The translations under genes were made by a program, and so were the position numbers. Positions 1-13,717 of a stretch of 64,000 nt of DNA are shown piece after piece. The stretch is from Eledone cirrhosa (taxonomy: Eukaryota): positions 38,006,001 through 38,070,000 of the forward strand of contig OZ024756.1 in assembly GCA_964016885.1 (NCBI GenBank). The letters are read 5' to 3'. The notes below the pieces were generated by a model. The model made no database searches, was not told where the DNA came from, and saw only the letters and a list, made by a program, of their open reading frames with translations. The first letter of the stretch is position 1. Each line of letters opens with the position of its first letter.

Positions 1-330
1 ACAAAGTATTTATATATTGCGATTCGTTCTCCGCCTTCAAACTTGTTGCTTCGATCCAAAACCCCGGGGCAGTGCCGCTCGTATCGCGGAGGAGAGGAAG
101 ATAGCCAAATACCAGGAACTTGTCCGACCGTTTCATCTTTGTACCTATCACAATCGACACTTTTGGTTTCATCGTGACCCGAAGTAGCGTCTTTCCTCCG
201 TAAAATTGAGAGGAGTTCTTGCTTGAGGACGGCGCCAAGTGAGGTGGTTTGGCTGATGCAACGGATACCATTACCCGTTCCCCGTGCCATTGTCTCTACC
301 ATTTTGTCCGCGGCATGTGTGGCAGCTGAG
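1..330 (+). mobile_element. Decayed 3' end of a CRE-clade (restriction-like endonuclease) non-LTR retrotransposon ORF
   Basis: Across frameshifts it reads SAARIAEERKIAKYQEL / DRFIFVPITIDTFG / EVVWLMQRI. This matches the AA..AE..K..KY..L...F.P...ET.G...FQR pattern of CRE C-termini. A T-rich 3' UTR with AATAAA (~465) follows. Confidence 0.65.
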
Positions 331-1094
331 ATATACCACCCAGATTGGGGTATAGAGTCTACCATTCTATTTCCATTTCACTTACATTCGCTATATTGTT
401 TTTTCTCTTTCTGTTTTATTTTTTTTATATTGCAAACATTATATAATCTAATTGTAATTTGTTGAATAAAATGTATTATCAAATGGTCTATATAAAGATA
501 GTAAATAACCTTGTGGAGGCAACTGGGATTAAAGAATCGAGAGTGTATTGGTAGAAGTGGTGGTGGTAAGATATACTGAAGCGAAAACCAAACCAAACCA
601 AACAGCGAGTGTGTTTTACTATATTTTTCTGACAATTGTAGAACACCATGTCCCTCTTCAAATATAACAATAATTTATAGAATTGTAAGTTAAGGGAATT
701 GTAGACCAGTGTAGCGAAGTACAAGTCATTCAGATCATCTATGTGTAGTGAAATACAGGGACATACACAAAGTTATACATACATCCAAACTGATATATAC
801 GTACCGTCAACGTCAAGTCCTTGCAAAGACACAATAACCCTATATACGAATACATACATAACATACACTGATTCATATTGGCAGATTCGACTATAACCGC
901 ACACACACACACACACATACACACGCACACACATACGGATGCACGCTCCTGCTTACGAGACAAGTATACAGGGGCATGTACATAGATATATTCAAGGATT
1001 ACACATATACTAACACAATCAAAAGCAAGCATACGTGCACACATACATTCTATGCATTCCCAGATATATACATAGACAGATACATGCATACAAA

Positions 1095-1318
1095 CATATA
1101 CATTAAAAATATAGCAACGGAAGGGTTAAAATTGTTTATATATAATAACCTTGCATCATAATTTTACGTAAGAATATTTGTTATGTTCCAAACACCAACT
1201 TAATAGCGAGGAAGTTAGTTATATTACTGAATCCGCCCAAATTCCTGATTATTTTCAAAATGATTTAAAAACTATAGACAGTGTATTTCATTAGAAATAT
1301 GGCAACAAAAGGGTTAAA
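1095..1318 (-). mobile_element. piggyBac-type MITE fragments
   Basis: Ends in ...aaagggTTAA. Internal sequence shared with 16381-16923, 50872-51297, 52377-52493 and 56596-56856. Confidence 0.55.
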
Positions 1319-1422
1319 GCCAGACAGAAAGACAAATGGCGATTGTTAGAAATGTATTCTCTACGCATGCGCCAAAAAGAAAGCATAATTTCCTAAAGAC
1401 ATTTGAATTGAAGCGTTTTTTT

Positions 1423-1466
<44 letters not shown>

Positions 1467-1723
1467 TATTATTTTTTTTTTTTTTCAGAATGTCATTTAT
1501 TTTCATTTTTATTTGAATGGATTATAAATTTTGTCTTAAAATGTAATCTAGTCAGAGGGATAAATTTAATGTCCTCTCATAGAAATTCAATTTAGCTTCA
1601 ATATAATTATCATCATCATCATTATTATTATTATTATACGGCACAGGACCACATCGTACCGTCCTGTGCCGTCTGTAATGTTTTTCTTGATGTCAGCCCT
1701 TGTGGCCAATAAAGAAATCATTA

Positions 1724-1766
<43 letters not shown>

Positions 1767-2755
1767 CTTTTATCTTCCCTCTGCAAGTTTGAGCTCTAAA
1801 ATTTGTCTCACACCTTTTCTTTCTTTCCCTTTCCTTCCCGTTTCAACCTTCCTCTCGCCAACCGTTTCTCATCCTCATCAAACTCCTCATCTTTGACTCA
1901 CTTTATCTCCTGCTCACTTTTCCTTCTCTCTCGTTCACGACTCTCTTTCTTTCTCTTTTGCTCAAATCTTTCCTCTCCTTAGTTTTTTTCTTTCTCTCTC
2001 ATCTTTCTTTCTCTCTCGTCTTTCCTCCTTCTCTGTCAATCACCTCTCACCTTTCATTCTCTCTCGCTCATGTCTCTCTTTCACCTTCTCTCTGGATCAA
2101 TGTCTCTCTATCTTTCACTTTCACACATGTCTCTTCCCCTCTCTCACCATGTTTAACATATTTCTCTTTCTTTCTGTTTTTCTTTCTCTCTCTTTCTCTC
2201 TCTCTCTCTCTATCTTGCCCTATTCTCTCTCACACTGGCCCATCTTCGCCCCCCCTCCTTCTCACCCATCTTCGTCTCCCCCTCTCCTCTCTCTCAGTTC
2301 GTCCTCTCTTCATGTCCAAGATCTTATCTCTTCTGACAAGGTCTTTTATTTCTGCTGCAAGCTTCGTTACTCTTACATCATTGATGTTTGTCACAGATAT
2401 TTGTTACCACCAACACCACCAACACCACCACTACCATTACTCTTAAACATCATCAACACCATCACCACCAACACCACCATCACCACCATCACCACCAACA
2501 CCACCATCACCACTACTAGCACCATGACAGATATACGTTACCACCACCACCACCATCGCTATAACATCCCACTGCCATTACCCCCCAACGGTCACCATTA
2601 CCACCACCCCTACCACCAACACCAGAATCACCACCACCACTATTATCATCACATTCAGCCACAGCACCACCAGAAATATGACCACCACCAGCCCTAGCAC
2701 CACCAATATCACCAGCAGCACAGTCACAACCAACGCTGTCACCCTCGAAATACAG

Positions 2756-3705
2756 ACACTGTGTGTGTAACAGTGTCACTGTCTATGTCACTGTGTGTGT
2801 AACACTGTCACTGTGTCACTGTGTGTGTAACACTGTCACTGTATATGTCACTGTGTCACTGTGTGTGTAACAGTGTCACTGTGTGTGTAACACTGTCACT
2901 GTCTATGTCACTGTGTCACTGTGTGTGTAACATTGTCACTGTATATGTCACTGTGTGTGTAACAGTGTCATTGTATATGTCACTGTGTGTGTAATACTGT
3001 CACTGTCACTGCGTCACTGTCACTGTATGTCACTGTGTCACTGTGTGTGTAACAGTGTCACTGTGTGTGTAACAGTGTCACTGTCTATGTCACTGTGTGT
3101 GTAACACTATCACTGTATATGTCACTGTGTATGTAATAGTGTCACTGTATATGTCACTGTGTCACTGTGTGTGTAACACTGTCATTGTCACTGTGTCACT
3201 GTGTGTGTAACAGTGTCACTGTCTATGTCACTGTGTGTGTAACAGTGTCACTGTCTATGTCACTGTGTCACTGTGTGTGTAACAGTGTCACTGTATATGT
3301 TACTGTGTGTGTAACAGTGTCACTGTCTATGTCACTGTGTCACTGTGTGTGTAACAGTGTCACTGTATATGCCACTGTGTGTGTAACACTGTCACTGTCT
3401 ATGTCACTGTGCGTGTAACAGTGTCACTGTCTATGTCACTGTGTCACTGTGTGTGTAACAGTGTCACTGTCTATGTCACTGTGTCACTGTGTGTGTAACA
3501 CTGTCACTGTCTATGTTACTGTGTGTAACAGTGTCACTGTCTATGTCACTGTGCGTGTAACAGTGTCACTGTCTATGTCACTGTGTCATTGTGTGTGTAA
3601 CACTGTCACTGTCTATGTTACTGTGTGTGTAACAGTGTCATTGTGTATGTCACTGTGTCACTGTGTAACACTGTCACTGTGTGTGTAACACTGTCACTGT
3701 GTGTA
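2756..3705. repeat. Minisatellite built from GTCACT and GTGTGTGTAACA subunits
   Basis: ~950 bp of tandem gtcactgt(c/a)tat and gtgtgtgtaaca variants. Confidence 0.95.
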
Positions 3706-3867
3706 AGAGAATGTTAGTAATAATAGCAGTTGGTGGTGTGGTGTGGTATGGTGTGGTGTGGTGTAACAGTAGGGGAGTGTGGTGTAGTGTGGGGTGTAAG
3801 TAACAACAGGAGGGTGAATGGTTAGTGTAATAGTAACAATGGGAAGGTGGTGTGGTGTAACAGTAAT

Positions 3868-3944
3868 AATTGTTTCTACTTTTGGCACAAGGCCAGCAAT
3901 TCCCAGTGTATTACTGGTACTTTATTCCATCGACCCCGTGTAGG
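3868..3944 (-). mobile_element. SINE family S1, 5'-truncated copy
   Basis: Reverse complement of ggggtcga...aaagtaccagtaatacactgg...ggccttgtgccaaaagtagaaacaatt. Confidence 0.85.
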
Positions 3945-4298
3945 GGTAGTGGTGGTGAGTGGTGGTGTTGGTGGTGGTGGTGGTGGTGGTGGTGGTGTTG
4001 GCTTTGGTCGTGGTGGTGTTGGTGGTGGTGTGGTGAGTGGTTGCGTTGGCGTTGGTCGTGGTGATGTTGGTGGTGGTGGTGGTGGTGGTGGTGTTGGTGG
4101 CGATTGCAGCAATATGTGCAACATTGACAGTAATAACAACAATGTTTGTGCAACAGCAACGGAAGTTAGTGTGAGATGATACAGCAACAACTGTAACTGC
4201 AACAACATTGAACACATTGTATAATAGTAGCACCATGTGCCATCGTATGTGGGGGTCGGGGTGGTGGGGTGTGGATTGACGGAAACTGTAAAAGCCCG

Positions 4299-4363
<65 letters not shown>

Positions 4364-4368
<5 letters not shown>

Positions 4369-4754
4369 TAATAAAAGGAATTCCAACTTTGTCTGATTTA
4401 CTCGTTTTATTTACAATCCTTTAAAATTTATAATGGTATTAGAATGAAATAGTATGATAGAATATTAAATGTTAAGCGTTAATTGAACAAGTACTTTCAT
4501 GCTTTCGCAATCTTCAGGTTCATAATGTGTGGTGACAGTCAAGTTTGCAATTTTCAACAGTTGAAAATTGCAAACTTGACTGTCACCACACATTATGAAC
4601 CTGAAGATTGCGAAAGCATGAAAGTACTTGTTCAATTAACGCTTAACATTTAATATTCTATCATACTATTTCATTCTAATACCATTATAAATTTTAAAGG
4701 ATTGTAAATAAAACGAGTAAATCAGACAAAGTTGGAATTCCTTTTATTAATATA
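4364..4754. mobile_element. Perfect ~195-bp-arm fold-back element carrying hammerhead ribozyme motifs (family B)
   Basis: Arms are reverse complements around a centre at 4559; flanked by (CA)n/(TA)n and (CT)n/(TA)n. Confidence 0.9.
4596..4634 (+). ncRNA. Minimal type I hammerhead ribozyme motif (mirror copy 4484-4522 on -)
   Basis: ugaac CUGAAGA u-ugc gaaa gca-u GAAA guac UU guuca: stem I ugaac/guuca, GNRA-capped stem II, palindromic stem III. Confidence 0.8.
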
Positions 4755-4784
4755 ATCTTCTATACACAATCATACACACCCGTG

Positions 4785-4894
<110 letters not shown>

Positions 4895-4991
4895 AAACAT
4901 TATGACCCTCTTCCTACTAATTCAAGCGTTAAACTAATATATTCCTTCCATATACTGTACCGGTTGTTTTGTTACTTCTGTTTACCTTTTA

Positions 4992-5565
<574 letters not shown>

Positions 5566-5737
5566 CTAATAGTAGCACGATGTGCATCTGTAGTAAAACC
5601 AGTGGCGTGGTATGTGCAACTGTAACTGCAGAAGTGTTTAAGAGGAGGGGGAGGAAGAGTTCCAACAGACGGCAGAAGAAACAGACACGATTTCAGACGT
5701 TGGGGGTTGCAGTTATTGCAGCAACTGCACAAAGGGC

Positions 5738-5812
5738 AGTAGTAGTAGTAGTAGTAGTAGTAGTAGCAACATCAGTAGTAATAGTAGTAGTAGTAGTAGC
5801 AGTAGCAACAGC

Positions 5813-5850
<38 letters not shown>

Positions 5851-5860
5851 CAGTAGCAAC

Positions 5861-5898
<38 letters not shown>

Positions 5899-5908
5899 CA
5901 GCAGCAAC

Positions 5909-5955
<47 letters not shown>

Positions 5956-6010
5956 CAGCAGCAGCAACAGTAGTAGTAGTAGTAATAGTAGTAGTAGTAG
6001 CAGTAGCAAC

Positions 6011-6042
<32 letters not shown>

Positions 6043-6045
6043 TGT
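5738..6045. repeat. (AGT)n/(AGC)n microsatellite
   Basis: Tandem trinucleotides. Confidence 0.95.
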
Positions 6046-6274
6046 TCAATTGTAGTATGGAAATTGTCATCATCATCGTCAACATCAATATCGTTGTTGC
6101 GTTAATGAAAGCAGCAAAGGTGCAATTGCAGCAGCAGCAGCAGCAGCTCAGGTGTTTGGAACACCTCATCACAAAGCTGCAACAATAGCAATATTGTGCA
6201 ACAGCAGCAACTGTGCAACAATACGTCATCAGCAACACTATCACCAACAGTAACACCAAACCCAACTGGTCGTG

Positions 6275-6815
6275 TTGGTGTTACTGGTGGTAGTGGTGTT
6301 ACTGGTGGTGGTGGTGGTGGTTTACTGGTGGTGGTGGTGGTGGTTTACTGGTGGTGGTGGTGGTGGTTTACTGGTGGTGGTGGTGGTGGTGGTTTACTGG
6401 TGGTGGTGGTGGTGGTTTACTGGTGGTGGTGGTGGTGGTGGTTTACTGGTGGTGGTGGTGGTGGTTTACTGGTGGTGGTGGTGGTGGTTTACTGGTGGTG
6501 GTGGTGGTGGTTTACTGGTGGTGGTGGTGGTGGTGGTTTACTGGTGGTGGTGGTGGTGGTGGTGGTGTTACTGGTGGTGGTGGTGGTGGTGGTGGTTTAC
6601 TGGTGGTGGTGGTGGTGGTGTTACTGGTGGTGGTGGTGGTGGTGGTGGTGGTGTTACTGGTGGTGGTGGTGGTGGTGTTACTGGTGGTGGTGGTGGTGGT
6701 GTTACTGGTGGTGGTGGTGGTGTTACTGGTGGTGGTGGTGGTGGTGTTACTGGTGGTGGTGGTGGTGGTGGTGTTACGGGTGGTGGTGGTGTTACTGGTG
6801 GTGGTGGCGGTGGTG
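6275..6815. repeat. (GGT)n punctuated by TTACT minisatellite
   Basis: Tandem (ggt)5-9 + ttact units. Confidence 0.95.
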
Positions 6816-6838
6816 CTGCTGCTAGTAGTTTCAGTACG

Positions 6839-6914
<76 letters not shown>

Positions 6915-6917
6915 ATA

Positions 6918-7052
6918 TTGAAACTATATTTATAAAACCATATTTATTTTATTAAATATAGTTTCCATTTATTAATATATTGTATATTTACTCCACTAAA
7001 CTGTTGAGTGCTTTATATCAGTTATAACATTTTTTTAATTAAATATAACCAC

Positions 7053-7112
<60 letters not shown>

Positions 7113-7404
7113 CGATATATTAACAAATGGAAACTATATTTATAAAACCATATTTATTTCATTATACATATTTCAAGGACACCAAGTTAAATTATGGTGT
7201 GATTTCATCAGATAAACTATAATATAGAGCAGTTTTATAAATAAATATTGACATACCCTTAAAGAATGCGACCATTTCAGTTGGAAGCTCCCGGATAGTC
7301 ATATCTTAATATATCGTATTTTTACTCCAATAATTTGTTGAGTGCTTTATATCAGTTATAAAAATATTTGCTTGTTCTATCCCAACAATTTAAATAGAAC
7401 TTCT

Positions 7405-7405
<1 letters not shown>
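6918..7405. mobile_element. Two further family A copies (one internally collapsed palindrome; one with inverted arm joined directly to tail)
   Basis: Both share gaaactatatttataaaaccatattt and the tail with 5088-5530. The 7117-7405 copy keeps tttc...tcatcag (hammerhead core on -, ~7155-7217). Confidence 0.8.
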
Positions 7406-7470
<65 letters not shown>

Positions 7471-7619
7471 AGTTAAGAACTCAGAGTAGTCTCTTACAAT
7501 TAAATAGCTCTAAGAAAAAAGCTTTTCTGAGCCGTACAATATAATTGAATAAACAAGAGAGATGAACACTAATATAAACATACATGTGTTCGAATTGTAA
7601 GGACCAGATTTGCTAGGGT

Positions 7620-8420
7620 GAAAAAATACTAACTACAGCAATATAGTTTGTTATCCTTAACTTTAAATATTAAATTAAGAAAAATTAAGAAAAATCACAG
7701 ACCTATATTGGGCAAACCGTATCCATATATATATAAATAAACATACATATCTTTACTTTCTTTATTCAATAGAAAATCTCAATTCTGACACCCCAGCGAA
7801 CTAACCATATTCACTGAACCAGAACAATTCTCCCATCCCATTTCTCTTGACCATTATCTTTTACTTATCATAAAATTCTCTAAAAAGGCTACAGAATGGA
7901 TTTCCAAATAAGGGCGCGAAAATTTAATGAAAACTTGTTCACGTGACAGCCATAATTTCATTTATAACCAATCAAATTACGTTTATTAAAAAAAAGCCTT
8001 CGTGAGCCCCCCTTTTTTTAAGTAAAAAGAAATTCAAACACTCATATATGAAAAAACAACCTGTGACAACCCCCCCCCCCCCCGCCCTTGTTTGAAGAAC
8101 TTTGTAACGCGAACTGGCGCGAAATTTATTATAATTATTGACCAACCAATTAAATTACTTCTCGAAAAACCTGGCATTTCGAGCCACTTTTTCCATATAA
8201 AGCAAGTAACATTCAGAGACCAACCAGATGTGAGAAAAACCGCAGACCCTCCATCTCAACTCTACTTTTAAAAAGCAGAAGAACTGCGAAACCGGTAAAG
8301 GAACCAAATAAATATATATATATTTAAAAAAATAAGATTTTATCTTATTTTCTTTATACTTTCACTCGTGTAGGACACCTCGGTTATTTTTCATTTTGTA
8401 AAAAAACGTGACTTTCTAAT
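7620..8420 (+). mobile_element. Probable decayed Penelope-like element 3' region (GIY-YIG remnant, promoter-like region, hammerhead-bearing pLTR)
   Basis: acc tat att ggg caa acc = TYIGQT at 7701-7718. Downstream lie ggcgcgaaa and ccaat motifs and a degenerate hammerhead at 8265-8300. The pLTR segment recurs at 24548-24750. Confidence 0.45.
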
Positions 8421-8538
8421 ATATATATATATATATGTGTGTATATATATACAAAGATATATATATATCAGAGATATATATACACACGCACACATATATA
8501 TATATACATATGTATATATATACATATATATGTATATA

Positions 8539-8569
<31 letters not shown>

Positions 8570-8749
8570 TTATACATATATATACACATATATATATACA
8601 TATATATATACATATATATATATATAATAAAGAATTCATATCTAGTAACATATATATACATACAGATGCATATCAATGCTAGCAAATATATAGGTTTTGT
8701 CTTAATAACAGTAAGTAAGTTAATTTTATAATTTTCTTATTTTACGTCT

Positions 8750-8874
<125 letters not shown>

Positions 8875-9029
8875 CTGTGTGTGTGTGTGTGTGTTATACT
8901 TGGGGGGGGGGGGTCATATTGTTGTAATAATATTGCCAGAAATAATAACAGAGCACACTCATATATTTGTGTGTGTGTGTGTGTATAGTTATATATATAT
9001 GTATATAACTTTGATAACTTTGATAACAT

Positions 9030-9234
9030 TATTGGCCCAGTCCATATCCAACTTAATAGCACCGCATGGTGAAGTCTTTCAAATCAGGATTTGGACACCA
9101 TGTCCCACTCGGGAACGGAGTTATTGTTTACGGAGACATATTTGGGTGTAGGAGGTTTATCCGGGATTTGTTGAAGGAATTTGTCCAAAGACTTCTTGAA
9201 CTTGATGGGGTCTGTTTCTGTTTTAATGTGTTTT

Positions 9235-9240
<6 letters not shown>
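9030..9240 (-). mobile_element. CR1-like LINE 3' end fragment
   Basis: Minus strand reads [44 protein letters not shown]; homologous to ~60600-60800. Confidence 0.75.
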
Positions 9241-9275
<35 letters not shown>

Positions 9276-9278
<3 letters not shown>

Positions 9279-9632
9279 AAAGAATAGAGGTGTAACACAC
9301 AAGTTATTATATATTGGTAAACGGAATAGAAAATGCTGACAAATTGTTCACAGTTGAAAAATGGTTTAATTAGGAATAAAAGAGTATTAGTGATTGTATG
9401 GGTTAGTATTCAGTTGTGGTTTTAAGTTTTTAAGTTTTTACCGGTTGGGCATTTCTAAATGCTTTTCAAAAATAATTTTGAGATAGAGTGTCCGTGCTGT
9501 TTGCTCTGATCTAATTAGTTTTGGGAATTCTACCTGTTTTTATGTTAAAAAAGTGGCTCCAGCGTTATTTTTGTGTTGCAAAAATGCTTGTGGTCAAAAC
9601 AATTTTGATTGGTCGGTAGAGGTCATGTGAAT
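9276..9632 (-). mobile_element. pLTR-like element of the U3-A8 hammerhead group (degenerate core)
   Basis: Homologous to 13711-14074 and more distantly to 8140-8300 (gaccaatcaaaatt...gagccacttttt...ctctatctcaa...ttgaaaagcat...aaccggtaaaa). Confidence 0.7.
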
Positions 9633-9642
9633 GTAGGGTTGG

Positions 9643-9678
<36 letters not shown>

Positions 9679-9828
9679 CCAACCCTACTAGCATCTACAA
9701 ACTGACCAATGAGAATTAAGACTATTCCTGCTGACAACATTAAATTATTCCTAGCAAGCTCATATGTCCCAAGGCTCTGATACAATCAACACCATAAACA
9801 CAGAGCTGGCATATCTAAGAACTGACTA

Positions 9829-9884
9829 ACTGCCTGATGAGGTCATAGCCATTCAATGGCTATCATCGAAATATATATAGCAGT
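9829..9884 (+). ncRNA. Type I hammerhead ribozyme motif
   Basis: acugc CUGAUGA ggu-c-auagccau uca auggcuau-c-auc GAAA uauaua UA gcagu; long stem II, palindromic stem III; lies in a ~250-bp element between (TA)n tracts. Confidence 0.85.
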
Positions 9885-9925
9885 AAATAAAGGATTATGA
9901 GTTCATGCAATTGACTTATGTTTCG

Positions 9926-9967
<42 letters not shown>

Positions 9968-10035
9968 AATATATATGTATATATATATATATGTATATAT
10001 GTATATATATATGTATATATGTGTATGTATGTATA

Positions 10036-10582
10036 TGTATATGTATATATATATGTCGGGTCACTCTTGAGTGCTACTGGTAACATGTAACCCAGTACAA
10101 CCTGTTGCATGGTCGGGTCGTCGGCGATTAAACCGGCAACCCTCCAAGTTTACTTGGTGAGGAGGGTGATTTTGGACAGCATGCAGGACAAAAAACAAAA
10201 TCTGACAAAGGGCGGAAGAACTCATAAGAGTCAACGGCCATCCAAAAGTGTGTAAATATGTATATACACATTTACCGCGCGGTTAAACAACTGGGATTGA
10301 AGGACCCCTAGCCTTTGTCAGGGCATTCTTCTAGGAGATGCATCTCAGGAAACTGGGATAACTCCGATATAAAACCTGCGGCTCAGTAGTTACCGATGAT
10401 GTTGATCTTTTCTTCTTTTCGGATTATAGCTACTGTCGCTCAGAGAGTGGGATTGGCTCAGTGCACAGTATTTCCTCACTTTAAAAAATATCTTCACGCA
10501 CAGGCATTAGAATAAATTAATAATTATTAATAATGGTGTATCGTGCAATGGCCATACTCGATAACGAGGGGGCAGCCATCGT
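10036..10582 (+). repeat. Dispersed non-coding repeat, possibly LINE-UTR-derived; related copy 31837-32209
   Basis: Shared blocks ttctaggaga, gatgttga, agtggga.tggct, gcacaggcatt, tggcc.tactcga.aacgag..ggcagcca.c; both copies flanked by (TA)n. Confidence 0.55.
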
Positions 10583-10699
10583 ATATATATGTATATATAT
10601 ATGTATATATATATACTTCTACAGGAATATATATGTGACGAACTGAACGCAGGTGTGCTTCTTTTCCACCAAAATTGTTTTTCCATTTCTTCTCTTAAT

Positions 10700-10830
10700 T
10701 CTTATTCTCGCATCTGATGAAGGACTAAGTTTGAAACGTTAAGACTCTATTCTGATTATGTCAAGCGTTAAACTACTATATGTCTTCATTGTACTGTATC
10801 GTTTGTTTTGTTATTTTCTGTTTACTTTAT
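10700..10830 (+). mobile_element. Hammerhead element family E (other pieces at 4891-4993, 17941-18040, 43925-44031, 50053-50243, 60327-60388)
   Basis: CUGAUGA aggac uaa guuu GAAA cg UU aaga at 10714-10744, then the tail tcaagcgttaaacta.tatat...tactgta...ttgttattt.ctgtttac. Consensus across copies: ucuu CUGAUGA aggac uagc gucc GAAA cg UU aaga. Confidence 0.7.
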
Positions 10831-10851
10831 ATGTCTGTGTTTGTTTGTATA

Positions 10852-10902
<51 letters not shown>

Positions 10903-11281
10903 GGTGGGGGTGAGGGAGAGGTGGGACATAATGACAGACAGTGTGAGACAGACGACAGATATGGACATACAGACATAGGAACATAGACACAGACAGACTT
11001 TCAGTCACAAACAGACAGGGGACATACAGACACACAGACATACAGACACAGACATACAGAGACAGACAGACGGACAGAGAGAGAGAGAGAGGGGGGGGGG
11101 GATAAAGAGAAACACGAAATCAACGAAAGATAAGTATATAAAGTTATTTGCACAGTGTAAAGTAGATGGAGGTTACGTTGACCTTATCCCATGTTTATGA
11201 GGGATGGGGGGGGGGGGATAGCCTTAAAGTCAGGTATTTTCTCTTTGTCACCCTCCTCTTGTCGTCTGTCACGAACATACG

Positions 11282-11312
<31 letters not shown>

Positions 11313-11385
11313 GTTCCGTCTCACACTTTCTCTCTTCGTTTTGTTACACACAGACACACTCACACACACAGAAACACACACACAT

Positions 11386-11427
<42 letters not shown>

Positions 11428-11857
11428 CGGGAGGGTCATAGATATTATTCATATTAATGTCTCTCTCTCCTCCCTCCCTCTATCTATCTATCTCTATCTA
11501 TTTATCCCCCCCCCCTCTCTAACTATCTATCTATCTCTCCTCTCTCTCACCGGTTTTCTTTACCTTAGGCATGACCTCTGATACTTTCTCTTCTCTTCTC
11601 TTTCTGCTACTGCAACCACCTCTACCACTACCACCACCACCATCACCTCTACCACCACCACCACCACTACCACATCTGTGTGTGTCTGACTTGGTAATTC
11701 TGATGTCACACACACAATCTCTCTCCCTCCCCCTCTCTCTCTCTTTAGTGCATACAGACATTTATAAGAATGCACCTACAACACATACACAACCAGACAT
11801 AAGTACCTAGCACGAAATATTTATAAAAACCTGTGTATGTATGTATATATATATATA

Positions 11858-11890
<33 letters not shown>

Positions 11891-11892
11891 AA

Positions 11893-12170
11893 AGGTGGCG
11901 AATTTGGCAGAGTCGTTAGAACATCGAATAGAAAGCCTTGCGGTATTTCTTCCAGCTATCAGCGCCTTGATTTCAAATTCAGCCTAGGTCAAATTTGCCA
12001 TTAATTCTGTGAGGTCGATAAAAAAATGTACCTGTCTAGTACTGTGATCGATTATTCCTCTATATCTCTTTCTCATTTCTTTTCTATCACTCTCTCCCCG
12101 GTTTTGGAAGAAATCGGCTGGGTTCAAATCTTGAGATGGAGATCTTTGCCAAGAAACGAGTCCAGACATA
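11893..12170 (+). mobile_element. Older S1-type SINE followed by a GGAAGAAATCGG module
   Basis: ggcagagtcgttaga...ttcaaattc...gtcgataaa...gtacc, then pyrimidine tract, then ttggaagaaatcgg. Confidence 0.65.
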
Positions 12171-12176
12171 TGTATT

Positions 12177-12236
<60 letters not shown>

Positions 12237-12277
12237 CCTATCTATCTATATATCTATCTATCTATCTAGCTAGCTAT

Positions 12278-12842
12278 CTATCGAAGTTTTTCTCATCAGA
12301 AAAGAACCCAAGCATTCCAGCTTCTTAATGTTTTATATTATTTAGTAAACGTCCCTTTACGATCTGAGTTCAAATCCTGCCGAGGTTGACTTTGCCTTTC
12401 ATCCTTGCGGGGTCGATAAAATAAAGTACCAGTAATGCACTGGGTAATTGCTGGCCTTGTGCCTAAAGTAGAAACAATTATTTAGTAAACGCTTTGCACG
12501 GACCAAAAGATTTTCTTTTTGTCACATCCGACATAAACTGTCCTTTCCGCATCACATACGATTGTATCGGATGTTTTCATGAACAACCCTTCTGATGGTG
12601 CATTCTGAAACCTTAAGGTCCTCTGCGATTGCTCTGATTGACTTTCCTGGGGTTTTATCGATTAATTTCTTAACTTTATTTTTTTTTTAAATAAACCTAG
12701 GCGTTCTGATTGCATTAGAACTTTGTGCATGCGTTCCGCGCTTGGCTGCTGATGTTCGATCTCGTCAGAAGCTTCCAGATAGTTTCCAGCTTTTACGACG
12801 AAGGATCGGGCAACTTTCAAGAAGGAAGCTATTGCCGTGTCA
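12278..12842 (-). mobile_element. Tc1/mariner-superfamily transposase remnant interrupted by a SINE
   Basis: Minus strand reads IASFLKVARSFV..., TPGKSIRAIAEDLKVSECTIRRVVHE..., YVMRKGQFMS..., FFSDEKNFD (HTH region plus first catalytic D), with stops and frameshifts. Confidence 0.8.
12352..12476 (+). mobile_element. SINE S1 with 15-bp target-site duplication
   Basis: TSD attatttagtaaacg at 12337-12351 and 12477-12491. Confidence 0.9.
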
Positions 12843-12874
12843 CAACACACACACACACACACACACGCACATGC

Positions 12875-12929
<55 letters not shown>

Positions 12930-13107
12930 AGATTAAAATACTAGAGTGCGTTGGAGTTAAACACACTGGTCGTATAAGAGAAATGACAGTAAAGGTATAG
13001 CTCAATGTAATTCAACAGAGCCGTAAAATTATAAATTTTTATAATTTTTATAATTTTTTATAATATATATATATATAATATATATATATATACACACACA
13101 TATATAT

Positions 13108-13592
13108 ACGCAAGCGGCCACCCGCCTTCACCCCGGTCTCTCCTGTGCTCAAATCTATTCATAAGATCTACCATAATTCTCTTTTCCTTAAAATAAAAAA
13201 AATTTGAAGGGTATTTGAATTTTGCATAACTTTTTATACGGAAATAAAGAAAGTAATAGAAAAATACGGAAAGTAATAAAGAAAGGAATAGAAAAATGTA
13301 TAACAAAAAATTTAAAGCATTTATAGAATTTCAGTGTATACAATGTTTTAATTTTTATCTCTGAAGTATATGTGAAAGGTTTGTGAGGGCCTCCTACTCT
13401 GGAACAGCCTAGGTACAATTAACTACGTGAGAAACAGACGTTTTCCTGATGGAGGCTGACAACCTGCAGTGTTTGACCTTGGGAATTGTTGACGGTCATT
13501 GCGTAACTGACTCTCACTGGGAATTGCAATCATTTGAAACGAAAGGGAGACATCTGTTGCTACTAGCGGTATTCTAGGTATAAATACGATGT
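13108..13592 (-). mobile_element. Helitron 3' remnant (PIF1 helicase C-terminus plus terminal hairpin-like sequence)
   Basis: FPVRVSYAMT..NSQGQTL...CFS...LYLGCSRV on -; GC-rich ccggggtgaaggcggg near the 3' end. Confidence 0.7.
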
Positions 13593-13672
13593 ATATATAT
13601 CATATATATATATATATCATATATATATATATATATCATATATATATATATATATCATATATATATATATAT

Positions 13673-13710
<38 letters not shown>

Positions 13711-13717
<7 letters not shown>

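Noticed and set aside
10036-10140. HDV-like ribozyme at the 5' end of the dispersed repeat
   Set aside because: I could not build the nested double pseudoknot by eye.
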